From: Macrostomum lignano
Taxonomy: Eukaryota
Assembly: GCA_002269645.1 (NCBI GenBank)
Contig: NIVC01000151.1
Location: forward strand, 434,001 to 498,000
Direction of reading: 5' to 3'
DNA: 64,000 nucleotides
The notes below the pieces were generated by a model that was not told the origin of the DNA, did not search any database, and was given only the letters and a program-made list of their open reading frames with translations. The translations under genes were made by a program, and so were the position numbers. Below are positions 46,181 to 57,990 of the stretch, piece after piece. Each line of letters starts with the position of its first letter. Position 1 is the stretch's first letter.

Positions 46181-46681
46181 GTGTCTGTCCGTCTGTTTGA
46201 CTAAGTGCAGATCCCCTCTCGTCTCTGCCCACCCAGATGCGTTCCCTTCGTCTGGGACGTCGCCAACGAGGAGCTACCGGCCTCAGTGGCGCCGCAGGTG
46301 CAGCCGGGCTCGCTGGACGCGGTGCTGCTGGTCTTCGTGCTATCCGCCATGCCGCCAGCTCAAATGTCCGCCGCAGTCAGCCGCCTGACGCCTCTCCTGC
46401 GGTCAGGCGGTTCTCTGCTGTTCCGCGACTACGGCCGGCTGGACCTCGCGCAGACCCGGCTGTCTGCGGGGCGGTGCATCGCCGACCACCTGTACGCCAG
46501 GGGCGACGGCACCCGGGTGTACTTCTTCAGCGAGCCCGACTGCCACCGCCTGTTCGGGGAGGAGGCCGGCCTTGTCCGGCGGCAGCTGCTGACAGACAGG
46601 CGGCTGATTGTGAACCGGGCCAGGCAGCTGAAGATGTTCAGAGTGTGGGTGCAGGCCAAGTACGCCAAGCCTGAGGATTAG
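43050..46681 (+). CDS. METTL2: tRNA N3-methylcytidine methyltransferase (METTL2/6/8 family), 3 coding exons
   Basis: Exons 43050-43306, 44349-44615, 46237-46681. Motifs FEQNAWD, WDKFY...[65 protein letters not shown]. Confidence 0.9.
43365..44290. repeat. 21-bp minisatellite (CCCCAATGAGAATCGCCWCAG)n, ~44 copies
   Basis: Fills intron 1 of the METTL2-like gene; source of the SPNENR ORFs. Confidence 0.95.
44842..46195. repeat. Compound (CTGT)n microsatellite, ~1.35 kb
   Basis: Simple repeat in METTL2 intron 2 with internal higher-order duplications. Confidence 0.95.
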
Positions 46682-46855
46682 AGTAGCCGGGGGATGCTCA
46701 GAGTGTGGGTGCAGGCCAGGTGCGCCAAGCCTGAGGATTAGAGTGGCCTGGGGATGCTCAGAGTGTGGGTGCAGGCCAGGTGCGCCAAGCCTGAGGATTA
46801 GAGTAGCCTGGGGATGCTCAGAGTGTGGGTGCAGGCCAGGTGCGCCAAGCCTGAG
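46640..46855. repeat. 60-bp tandem duplication of the METTL2 stop-codon region, ~3.5 copies
   Basis: Unit CAGAGTGTGGGTGCAGGCCA.GT.CGCCAAGCCTGAGGATTAGAGT.GCC.GGGGATGCT. Confidence 0.9.
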
Positions 46856-48779
46856 CTAAATAAATGCCTAATATTTACTATCCTGGGTTTCCATGCGCAT
46901 TTTGTCACAGAGAATTTCTGCCTTGTTAACTTGTTGGACCTCTCGATCCGGGCTGCATGCAATACAGTAAAGTGGTGACAGGCCGTTTCGTGACTTTCAT
47001 CAGCGAATTTCAGTCAGAGCTTTTGAGTTTCTTGCTTTTCACTTCAAAGGCGATTGATTTGCTTTGGCACAAGCCAGTCCGCATCGCAGGGTCAACTAAA
47101 CACAATGTGTGAAATTGCGTTTGGATACAGTAGTTAAAGAAATCAGGGTCAAGCCGGAGGTCTGCTTATACATGTACGAGCGTATACATGGGCTGCTTCT
47201 ACGTTTGTACGCGTTAGCTTCAACCCCCACATGTATCCTAGCAGTGGCATACGCAGGAATTAAAAATGTACTCTTAATTAGAGCAGCTGCAACTCTCGTA
47301 CATGTAGCTATTTGCTGTCGTGGTTTTCGCCCCAACATCCGACGTGTACTGTGCGTGTAGGTGTGCGCCCCGTTCAATGGGTGGCAAAAGTTAAGTTCCT
47401 GTCCGTCTTTGATGAGCATACACTATTTTCATGGTGGGGCAATTTTCGTGGGAGAGATTATGTGCGCCCCCTCTATGTACTGTGCGACACTGTACCTTTG
47501 TGATACCGATGCAGCGGTCTTGTGAAGTTGAAATTTTGCATACTGAAGCTGCGACAGCGTTGCCTGTTGCATCAACGAATGATTGCTTGATCAACGAATT
47601 GTATCGTTGGTTAAACGTGTGGTAGATTGCAGGCTAGATGTTGAGGAAGTCAGCTCATCTGTTGTAGCTCGCAGCAGCATGAAGGATCTCAAATAAAATT
47701 TATAGTCTAACGATATCTTATACATTGGCAACGCAGCGATTGTTCTCTTACTAAAAAACTTTTTAGTTTTAAAATTTAAATATTAAGTCGGCATTTAAAA
47801 CGAGATCAACTAATTACCTGTTCAAGCAGTGGATGAAAAGTCTTGAAAACTTTTCAAGCAGCTGGGAATGCGGAAATTTCCGCTTGCAATTCCTGATAAA
47901 TGCAGCAGCCCCAACGGCAGGAAAATTCTGCGCTCTGCGATACGGCTGACGGCTCACAGAGACCAACTCGGCATTGAGATCTGTTGAGCAGCTTTGAGCT
48001 CGGCTCGACTGCCTTCATTTTCGCCTACCTGCAATAGTGATTAGGAACTCACGCCCATTTTATATATTCCTACTCGATCGCCCTTATCTCGCAAGCAACT
48101 GCATGGCCACCCCAGCAAACCGTCTCAGTCCACAAGTTGAAAGCTGGACAGTCTGGCTGTGAGCAATCTACTTTGGTTCAGATCGACACCTTCAGCAACG
48201 GGGCTCGGCCTCTTAGTTTTGTGGAGCTCAAAAGACCGCCTTTTATTTACTTACAAGATAATCGAGTTCAGGTTCCGAACTTGCTGAAGATTCAGGTCAA
48301 GTATACACGATGTCATTTGGTTCTCTACGGAGCCAGGACACCATCGCGCTCGCCTGTCCAATGGATGCCAGCTGGAAAGTTACAAAGCCAGTCGAGACCA
48401 AGATCTGCATCTGGAACATCACGATCCGATCACCTGCGATGAGAGGAGCGGTTTCTTCCGCATATCGATGCGGTGCGAATTTGGCGTCTTAAATTAAAGA
48501 GGCACAACCCGTGATCATCCCAGTCTAGCTGTCTGGCTCCACCGTGGCCAGAGCTCCAAGGCTGGACGTTTCGGCCGGTTTGATCCCCTTTCACTGGAGG
48601 TAATTTAAAGTGGCCTAACTCGATCCCGGCAAGGAGGAGAATTGCCTTCAATTTACGGCTGCCAGAGACCGCATGACGTGGTACTACATGTATCTCTGCA
48701 GTTCAAAATACAGCGCGTCGCTTACTACAAGGCAATGAAGCGTGGACCAAAGGCTTGATGCTGATGCAGTTTCGGAAGG

Positions 48780-49900
48780 CGGCCGGCTCCATCAGCGACA
48801 TCGGCACAGTTCTACTCAAGCTAAAAGTTCCCACAGGACAGCCAGCACAGCCACTTGCCTTTCTAAACATTCGGAGCGGGCTCCAGGTCCGTGTCTCTGA
48901 TGGACATAAGACTGACCACAAACTACTGTAGCACAAACTACATTTAATTGCTGGATGGGCACTGCATCCTGGAATGTCACAAGGAATGCATCAACTGCAA
49001 CTTGGCTCACGACGATACCAAAAGCTTTGATTGTCGCAATTTGCGGATCAAGCAGAGAAACTCTGCATGCGGCAAACAGTGCGATTTTTGCCTCAATTTC
49101 CGAGAGGCTACAAGATGAGCAAAAATTCAGAGTTTCTGTCCCTCCCCAGTCAAGCTGGCACCTTCAAGAACTCAACAGGAAACCAAAACTGCAAGCTGTG
49201 TTCCCCTTGTACTTTTAGTACATCGATGGCATTTGAGTGCACATAGTGTTTTACTGCCGACTCAGCTCCGTAATTACGAGTGAAAGTGCGTTGAGGGCAC
49301 TGCAACCAGCTTGATCGTATGTGCTCAGCATGCAGTCCCAGCTCGTTATCCCTCCTTGGTCGGACGCATTGTACTCCGTACCCCATAGGCCAGTTCAGTA
49401 ACAAAAACTGGTCGGTCTTGATATCAACCGTGCTCAGAGGGTTTTTACTCAAACATTTCGGGAAGCAGCCTTTGCGATGCGTGTCCCCAAGGCTCCTTGA
49501 GTGATGAGGGAGCTGTGAAAAAACTGCAAGAAGGTCGAGTTCAGTCCGGCCATAATTAGGTAGAGTTCAGAGGCAAAACTGGCCCGTGTGACAGAGCGTG
49601 CCGTGCGCTGCGGGAGCTTCTCGGACCTCAGTGTGTACTCGGTGCCCCAGGAGAACTACCAGCCCAATGCAGGTCAGACCTCAGTGTGTACTCGGTGCCC
49701 CAGGAGAACTACCAGCCCAATGCAGGTCAGACTCAGTGTGTACTCGGTGCCCCAGGAGAACTACCAGCCCAATGCAGTTCAGACGGAAGCGCCGATCCCT
49801 GCAAGTTTGTGGACTCTGAAGCTCAGTCGGGACAGAAGACCTGTTCACTGGCTACCTGTTGTTGCTACCTGCTCCGTAGCTTGAAATTACTCTGGCAGTT
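48780..49900 (+). pseudogene. Decayed Cys-rich repeat gene fragments (ephrin-receptor-like/TNFR-like repeats)
   Basis: Short out-of-frame pieces such as AGTFKNSTGNQNCKLCSPCTFST, CTPYPIGQFSNK and QENYQPNAGQTSVC; many stops, no long ORF. Confidence 0.4.
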
Positions 49901-51479
49901 CATCAAGCGCCGGCTGGTGATCAAACTTTACCGCTGGCATGCGGAGCGGTGCTGGGTCTTCAAGCTGTCAGGACTGCTCGGCTGGTACTTAGTCCAGCAG
50001 TTCAGGCAGCAGCTCGTGCTCAAAGTGCTACCCAGATCGGTTTGGGTGCCCAGTCCCGAGTACAATATTTTACACGTAATATAACAGGCGTAGTGACGCT
50101 CTGTCTGTACTTTTATGGATACGAACAGGCGTGACGACGCTCTGCGATAATAGTTCGATCCCTCTGGTGTTGTGACACTCAGAGTTCATGCTGCGGCTCG
50201 AGGTGTGGTGACACTCTCGGGTGCTTCTAGTTTCGATACTGTAGGTTGTACACACTATATAAGTAACCGGTACAGTACTACAATAATACACAATATACAG
50301 CGCTGCAGTGCTACAGTGGTCACAGTCGCAGGCGTGATGACGCTCTAGCTATGGAATTACTGCTACGGCCAGGCCTCGGAAAAGCTAAAGAAGCGAATGA
50401 ACTCGGGGGTCTTATCGGTGCCAGAAACTGTGGAGCTCGTTTGAATATCGCCACCACTTGACCGCTTTATTTGCTCCCAATCAATTGAGTCCTCGCAGTA
50501 AGAGACCGTATAGACACGGCTCGCTTGAGTATGGCATGCAAAATTAAGAGTCTTCGCAGTAAGAGACTGTCTTTACGGCTCGCTTGAATATCGCTAAGTT
50601 AGTTTCAAGAGCTAGGCACGGGGCGCGGAGCGGAGAGTGGGAAGCTGGCTGGGCCAGGCTTGAGCACTATATACCACTTAACAGGGTAGAGGGGCAGACA
50701 GCGCGAGAAAGAGAGAGACGCCAAACAAAAGAGACGACCTCTCAGCCAATCAGCGTGCCCGCCGAGCAGATCTGATTGACTGGGGGCCAGAAAAGAAAAA
50801 CACAAGCCCAGCCAGTCAGTGGCCGCCGCTCGGAAAGACTCAAGCTGGGCCGAGCGCCCCCCCCCCCCAACCAGCCAGAACTGGTCTGGGGATGGCCGCC
50901 TAGGGCGCACGCAAAAACAACTCAAAAAGTGCAAGAGCACTCAACAGGCCAGACACCACAGTGTCCTGCAGACCAATGAACAGCACTGGGTCGTCAAGCT
51001 GTTACAAGTGCTCACCGAGTACCTTCAGCAGTTCCGCAGGTAGCAGATCGGGCAGCAAATGTCCCGAATGCACGTTCGCAAGAGAATGGGGCATTGCTTC
51101 CGGCAAAAATGCGACTTATTGACTTCATAACTGTTGGCAAGAGAAGGTACATTTATTTATTTCTGATTTAAGATATTTATATATTATTTAGTTTTTGTTT
51201 CTGCGTACATTGAAGTCCAACCCCCCTCTCTGAATCATGTAGCTCGGACGTGCGCTCAGCACCCACCCCCTTTTACGTAAGTGCTAGTGCTAATATATAT
51301 TTGCAGTCTCAGTCGCTCGAGAGTGTGCAACTGCGGTTTTTTTGTTAGTTAAAATTTGCATTGGGCTGCGGCCCTTAAAGTCGATTCATTTCTGTGAAGA
51401 CTCGTTTTTTGCATGACTCGACAAGAGCGCAAGATCATCTGGTAGCAGAGCGTGGTTGTTTACTCGTTACAATTGATCA

Positions 51480-54400
51480 ATGTCGGACGACGGAAATGAA
51501 GAGACTGCGGCGGCAGCAACCGATGTGAGCAACCGGCTGGCTCAACTAAAGGCCACGAAGGCTATTGAGAAGTGTGCCTTCACGAAGCTGCGCAACAAAC
51601 TTCTGAGGAACCTAAGCTCGGACGGAGCAGAGTTGGACGAGGCCGAGCGGCTTGCGGAGCAGCTCGATCAGAGCTACGAGAAGGTGAACGCCGTGATTCA
51701 AGAAGTTCTGCACGAGGTCGGAGGAAATCTGCCCGTGCAAATGCAAGCTGTCAAGGAACTGGAGACATTGGAAAGCAATTTCGGTGAGGTAGTGAGTTTG
51801 ATGACTGAGCTGAGGAAGAGGGTTTGGCAAGCGAAAGAAGAAACAGTGCGCTATGAGGAGAGAGAGACGAGGCAAAAGGAAGTCGAGGCGGCACGGAGTC
51901 AGCGGGCAGAAGTCGGAGAGCGACAGAGAAAAATGCGAGAAGAATTTGAAGCTCAGATGCGCGAGCTGGAGAAGGAGATGGAAAGGTTGGCAGCTGTTGC
52001 AGGAGATGTTGAAGGTCATTTCGTAGGGCAACAACAAGCACAGCAAACGCAACAACAAGAGCCCAGTCGGTGCATCGCTTCGTTTGGCGGCTACCCAACT
52101 TTTGAGACTAGTGCAGGTTATAGGACAGAGAGTTTTCAGCCGCGCACGGAGAGTTGGAGGTGTGAGGAGAGGCCAATCGATAAAGTGGAGCAGCTACCCA
52201 CCCCAACTGGAGCTGTGTACAATGCTAGCAAAGAGAGTGCCGAGCTAGGCAGGGGTCCAGCGGCCCCCAACCCCAAATGGATTATTTAGCTGACCAATCA
52301 TCGCGCGGACGGGCTGGTGTGTACGGCCAAGAATTAACCGAGAGAGTTGGACAAGACATGTGGCGCCAGCTACAGCGAGTGTCAATTCCAGTGTTTAGCG
52401 GCGACAAAAGGCAGTACGAGGGTTGGAAAGCGGCATTTTATGCATGTGTGGACGCATCACCCTCCTCTAATGCTTACAAATTATTACAATTGCGTCAGTC
52501 CCTGCAGGGAGAAGCTCTAAAACTAGTGGCCAATCTTGGCTACTCAGAGTTTGCGTACAGAGCAGCGCTTGAGCGGCTTGAACGGGAGTACGGGGGAGAG
52601 AGACGAAGACTGATGCTGGCACTGGAGGACTTGGATAGTTTCCAACCTATTCAGGTAGAGAATGCAGGTCAATTAAAAAAGCTGGCCGACTTGCTGGATG
52701 TTACAGTAGTTAATCTACAGGCTGCAGGGCGAGAGAGTGAGCTAAGCAACAATGGACTTATGTACTTGAGAGTTCAAAAGAAGCTGCCAGCCGAAACACT
52801 AGCTCGTTTCATCGGTGGGTCGGAGAAGCTAGGAAAGAAGATTCGCTCAGAACGTTGCATCGATGGCTTCTGACGGAGGCAGAGTACATGACAGTAGCGT
52901 GTGAGGCGGTAAGAGGCGTGGCTTCTTCAGGTGAGACCGGACGGCACGACAGTGTAAAAGCCAAGAAAACTGTTTCCCGAGGGGCAGCCACAGCACGCTC
53001 GTTCTTTGTGAAGACGGATGATTCGAATAGCCAAAACAATGAACAGGCGGAAGGGCGAAAAGGTTGTGGTCTCTGCGGAGAACAGCACGGAGTTTGGAGC
53101 TGCCCAAGGTTTCAACGAATGGAACCTGGAGCCAGATGGGCGATGGTCCGTGACAAGCGCCTGTGCTTTTGCTGCTTGGGAGCAAACCATCTAGCCGGTG
53201 CGTGCAAGCGAGCGAGAGTGTGTGGTGTTGAGGGCTGCAAAGCAAACCATAATCGGCTGCTGCATCAACGAGGGCCGGCGGCGACAACGGCAAATCCGCA
53301 TGAAGGGGGTCGCCCAAAACGATCGAAAGACCAAAGTCCTTCCAGGAGAAGAAGAGCGCAGTTCAAGAGCCGCAAGAAGCATGCACCCTACTGGCCAGAA
53401 CACCGTCGTCAATAGCGCTGAGGACTGTGCCAGTGATTTTATCTAACGGCGGTCGGGAAGTCCGAGTGAATGTCTTGCTGGACGACGCTAGCACCCGGTC
53501 GTACCTGAATTCTGACGTTGCAGCGGAACTCGGCTTGAAGGGCAACCTCGAACCGATGACGGTAAAGGTTCTGAACGGCCAGGTGAGCACCTTTCAGACG
53601 GTTCCAGTCGAGGTCGACATCCGCAGTCTGGACGGCGCCTTTCGTGCCACAGTTACGGCCCACACAACCGAGAAAGTGACCGGTGGGATGGAAGCCGTAG
53701 ATTGGAGCCAGCTTGCAAAGCGTTGGGCTCATTTAAGGGGCGTGCCGTTCGAAAAAATTGAAGGGAAGCAGACTGTGGATATGCTCATCGGTGTGGACAA
53801 TGCAGACTTGCACTTTGCCTGTCGCCAAGTAGGTGGGCAACCTGGAGAGCCGATTGCCAGACTGACGCCAATTGGGTGGACCTGCGTTGGACCAGTGAAT
53901 CAAGCAGGAACTGCGGAAGGGCAGCAGCAGACATTCTTTACGGTGACGGCGGAGAACGAGGCATCTGATATTCTGCGGAAGATGTGGGAGATCGATGAAG
54001 TGCCAGACGGAGGACAGCCGGCCAGAATGTCCGCTGAAGATCAAAAGATCGTAGAAGCGACACGAGCATCCTTGAAGATGGAGAACGGCATGTTTCAAGT
54101 GGCGATTCCTTGGAAAAAGAATCCGGAGGAACTGCCTATGAACAACGAAGCCGCCCTACAGCGTCTCGTCAGCACAGAAACGCGCTTGCTGAAGAACCCG
54201 GAGCTAGCGAAGGCGTACCAGGCTGTGATAGACAAGCATCGGGCAAAAGGCTATGTGCGGGAGGTCGGCATCAGCGAACCAAGTCAGGCTGGCCAGTGGT
54301 TCTTGCCGCATTTCGCGATAGTGCGGGCCGATAAGGAGACGACCAAGGTTCGAATTGTGTTTGATGCAGCGGCTCGGTGCAATGGGGTCTGCCTAAATGA

Positions 54401-57400
54401 CACCATTCATACGGGACCGAAGTTGCAGCAGGATCTGCTAAAGGTGCTCCTACGGTTCCGAAGTATCCCGTGGCGCTAGCAGCCGACATCGAGGAAATGT
54501 ATCTGAGAGTTCGAATTGCGCCGGAGGACAGAAGATTTTTCCGATTTCTGTGGCGAGACTTAGACTTGCAGCAACCGCCGAAGAGCTATGAGTTCTGCAG
54601 TGTGGTATTTGGCGTAAACTGCTCTCCATTTCTGGCTCAGTTTGTGGCACAGGAGAATGCGCGACACTATCAGCAACAGCTGCCGCTGGCGGCCAACACC
54701 GTGCTGCATTCCACTTATATGGACGACAGTCTAGACTCCGTAGAAACCGTTGGCCAAGCGGTGGAACTCTTCCAACAACTCGTAGAACTATGGAGCAAGG
54801 CAGGAATGCGAGCTTGCAAATGGATGTCGAATTCGCTAGAAGTGCTGCAACAAGTTCCAGTCGAGGACCGCGCAGAACGCGCCGAGTTGCTATTGAAAGG
54901 TGAGGCCCGAACCGCTAAGGCGCTTGGAGTGAATTGGAATGCGAAAGAGGACGTCCTAGGAATTTCCATCAGCGAGTCGAATGCTAGCGGCAAGATGATG
55001 ACAAAGAGACTGCTTTTGCGCCGTGTGGCCGAGGTGTTTGACCCCTGTGGCTTCCTAGCTCCGGTAGTTATCACAGGAAAGAGAATGCTGCAGTTGGCAT
55101 GGCAACAAGGTGTTGGGTGGGATGAAGCGTTGGATCCTGAGTTGGCTGATTAAGCGTTTCGGTGGACCAGTGAGCTCTCCAAAGCTACGAGACTAGCCGT
55201 GCCTCGGTGTCTGCGTCCGGACAACGGATCCATCGAACTTCACTCGTTTGTAGACGCATCGCAAGAGGCCTACGGAGCCGTCGTATATCTACGGAGCGAA
55301 ACGATGAGTAAGACGACGGTCCGTTTCGTTGCTGCAAAGGCTAAGGTAGCCCCATTGATGGCGGTGAGCATCCCTCGACTGGAGTTGATGGCGGCAGTCC
55401 TAGGACTTCGGCTCGCAAGGGCAGTGGCCGAGGCGTTGGAGATCGCGATTGAGTCTGTGGTGCTTTGGAGTGACAGTCACAATGTACTTTGGTGGATCCG
55501 CAGGCAGAGTAGAGCGTTCAAGCCTTTCGTTGCAAACCGAGTCGCCTTCATCGAGCAGCAAGTGCAGCCAAATCAATGGCGGTACGTTCCAACAGGTCTG
55601 AATCCAGCGGATGTGGCATCCCGTGGCTGCAGTGTGCAAGAGCTGATGGACAACGAGCTGTGGTGGAACGGCCCTGGATTCTTGGCGATGTGCTCAAACG
55701 ATTGGCCAGAAATGCCGATTCCAGTTGCGCCAGAAACGACTGAGGCGAATACCCGTCGAAGAGAGCTAGCAAGCATCCAGAAGCGTAGTGCAGAGCCCGT
55801 ATGTCTGGTCACCACCGATGAAGAAGACAAGACAGACTGGCGACTCAAGCCAGAGCAATTCTCTAGCTTCCATCGACTGCAGCGCGTCTTCGCTTGGGTG
55901 TTGCGGTACATTCGGAACTGTCAGAAGGAGAAGTATCAGCGGAGCGGCGGTGAGCTGTTAGTGGATGAGCTCGAGGAGGTCGAGGAGCGTTTAGTAAGGC
56001 TAGCTCAGGAGGAAGCGTTCAAGACGGATGCAGTGAGCGAGAAGAAGCTGCGATGCTTGCAGCCGGTACGTGATGCATCAGGAGTCCTACGAGTGGATGG
56101 CCGGTTGAAATTCAGGCCACAGGCGCCATTTGCAGCAAGACATCCAGCTATATTATTGCCGCGGAAGCATTGGATCACCAAACTGATCATCAAACAATAT
56201 CACGAGCAGCAGAGCCACGGTGGGACTAACCACGGTGGGACGGTGGGACTAACTCTGGCGGCGCTGTCAGCCAAGTATTGGATTATCTGTGCTCGGGAAG
56301 CTATTCGCGAGTGGGAGGTTGAATGTGCTGTGTGCAAAAGAGAGAAAGCTCGTCCCATTGTGCAACAGATGGCGCCACTGCCTGATGCCCGTGTCGCAGG
56401 ATCCTTAAAAGCCTTGACGAACGTAGCCGTCGACATGGGAGGGCCGTTCGTCACTATTCAAGGCCGATTCAAGAAGAGGCAGAAACGCTATTTGGCGCTG
56501 TTCACATGCCTCGAGACGCGAGCGGTACACCTCGAGATGACCTACAGCCTTGACGCGGACTCTTTCTTGAACGCCTTCTACCGAATGGTGAACAGGCGTG
56601 GCTTACCCAAGGCTATGTATTCTGACAACGGTGGTAACTTTGTAAAAGGTGCAGATGAGCTGCGACTTCTGGAGGAGCTGGACAGGACAAGGATCAGTCG
56701 CGAGACATCCAAGCAGCGAGTCAAGTGGAACTTCCAGCCGCCAGCCGCCCCGCACTTTGGTGGAGCGCACGAGGTGATGATTCGGGCTGCGAAGCGAGCG
56801 CTACACGCGATTCTGGGCAGCGCAGATGTCACCGACGAGGAACTTCAGTCAGCGATCACTGGAGCGGAGGCTCTTATCAACTCGCGCCCCATCACCTACC
56901 AATCGGGAGCACGAGAAATGCCCGCAGACGAATTGCCCGCCGAGATTTGCCCGCAGGAGATTTGCCCGTGGAGATTTGCCCGCCGAGCTTTTCCCGCGGA
57001 GATTTGCCCGCAGTGCATTTTGCCCGTGAGCGAATTGCCCGTGGAGATTTGCCCGCCGAGAATTGCCCGCCGAGATTTGCCCGCAGTGCAATTTGCCCGC
57101 GAGCGAGTTGCCCGCCGAGTTTTTTCCCGCCGAGGTTTGCCCGCAATGCTTTTTTCCCGCAGCGCATTTGGCAGCTAGATTCTGTCTGCATTGCCCCCCC
57201 CCAAAAAAAATATGCATTTGATATGCAGTTACTATCAAAACGTTTTGATCATGTAAATCTCTTTATTGAGATTTACTAAGCATTGGGAAGGCAATGCAGA
57301 CAAAATCTGCCGCGTGGCTAAATGCGCTGCAGGAAAAAAGCATTGCGGGCAAACCTCGGCGGGAAAAAACTCGGCGGGCAACTCGCTCGCGGGCAAATTG

Positions 57401-57990
57401 CACTGCGGGCAAATCTCGGCGGGCAATTCTCGGCGGGCAAATCTCCACGGGCAATTCGCTCACGGGCAAAATGCACTGCGGGCAAATCTCCGCGGGAAAA
57501 GCTCGGCGGGCAAATTTCCACGGGCAAATCTCCTGCGGGCAAATCTCGGCGGGCAATTTGTCTGCGGGCAATTCTCATGGACCCCTACCAATCGGCGAAT
57601 CCGAGAGACGAAGAGCCACTGACGCCAAACCACTTCCTGCACGGTCAAGCTGGTGGACAATTCGCGCCGGATGTGCCCGACGACGTCGCGGCTGACCCGA
57701 GGCGGCGGTGGCGGCGCGTCCAAGAACTCGTGAGGCACGTCTGGCGACGCTGGATGCGCGAATGGCTGCCAGGGTTGCAGCCGAGAGCCAAGTGGGCGGG
57801 ACCACAGCGTGATTTACAGCCAGGTGATGTCGTCCTCGTCATCAAAGCAGACTCACCGCGTGGATACTGGCCGTTGGGACGAGTAGTCGAAGTCTACCCG
57901 GGTCCAGACAATCGAGTCTGGGTGGCCAAGGTCCAGGTCGGTGGGACGGTATTCGTGCGGCCTGTGAGCAAACTGTGCTATCTCGAGTGA
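51480..57990 (+). pseudogene. BEL/Pao gag-pol (DUF1759 gag, three CCHC knuckles, aspartic protease, RT, Pao RNase H, integrase) with several frameshifts, a stop and a MITE insertion
   Basis: IPVFSGD (gag), CGLCGEQHGVWSC / CFCCLGANH, LLDDAS (protease), ADIEEMY and YMDD (RT), FVDASQEAYG (RNase H), VDMGGP...SDNGGNF...HEVM (integrase), PLTPNHFL. Breaks at ~52280, ~52810, ~53420, ~54465, stop at 55151-55153. Confidence 0.92.
56905..57584. mobile_element. Foldback/Mutator-like MITE (680 bp) inserted in the BEL integrase
   Basis: GGG...CCC termini, ~280-bp imperfect TIR arms made of TTGCCCGC subrepeats, 9-bp TSD CTACCAATC; removal restores RPITYQSANPRDEEPLTPNHFL. Confidence 0.92.
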
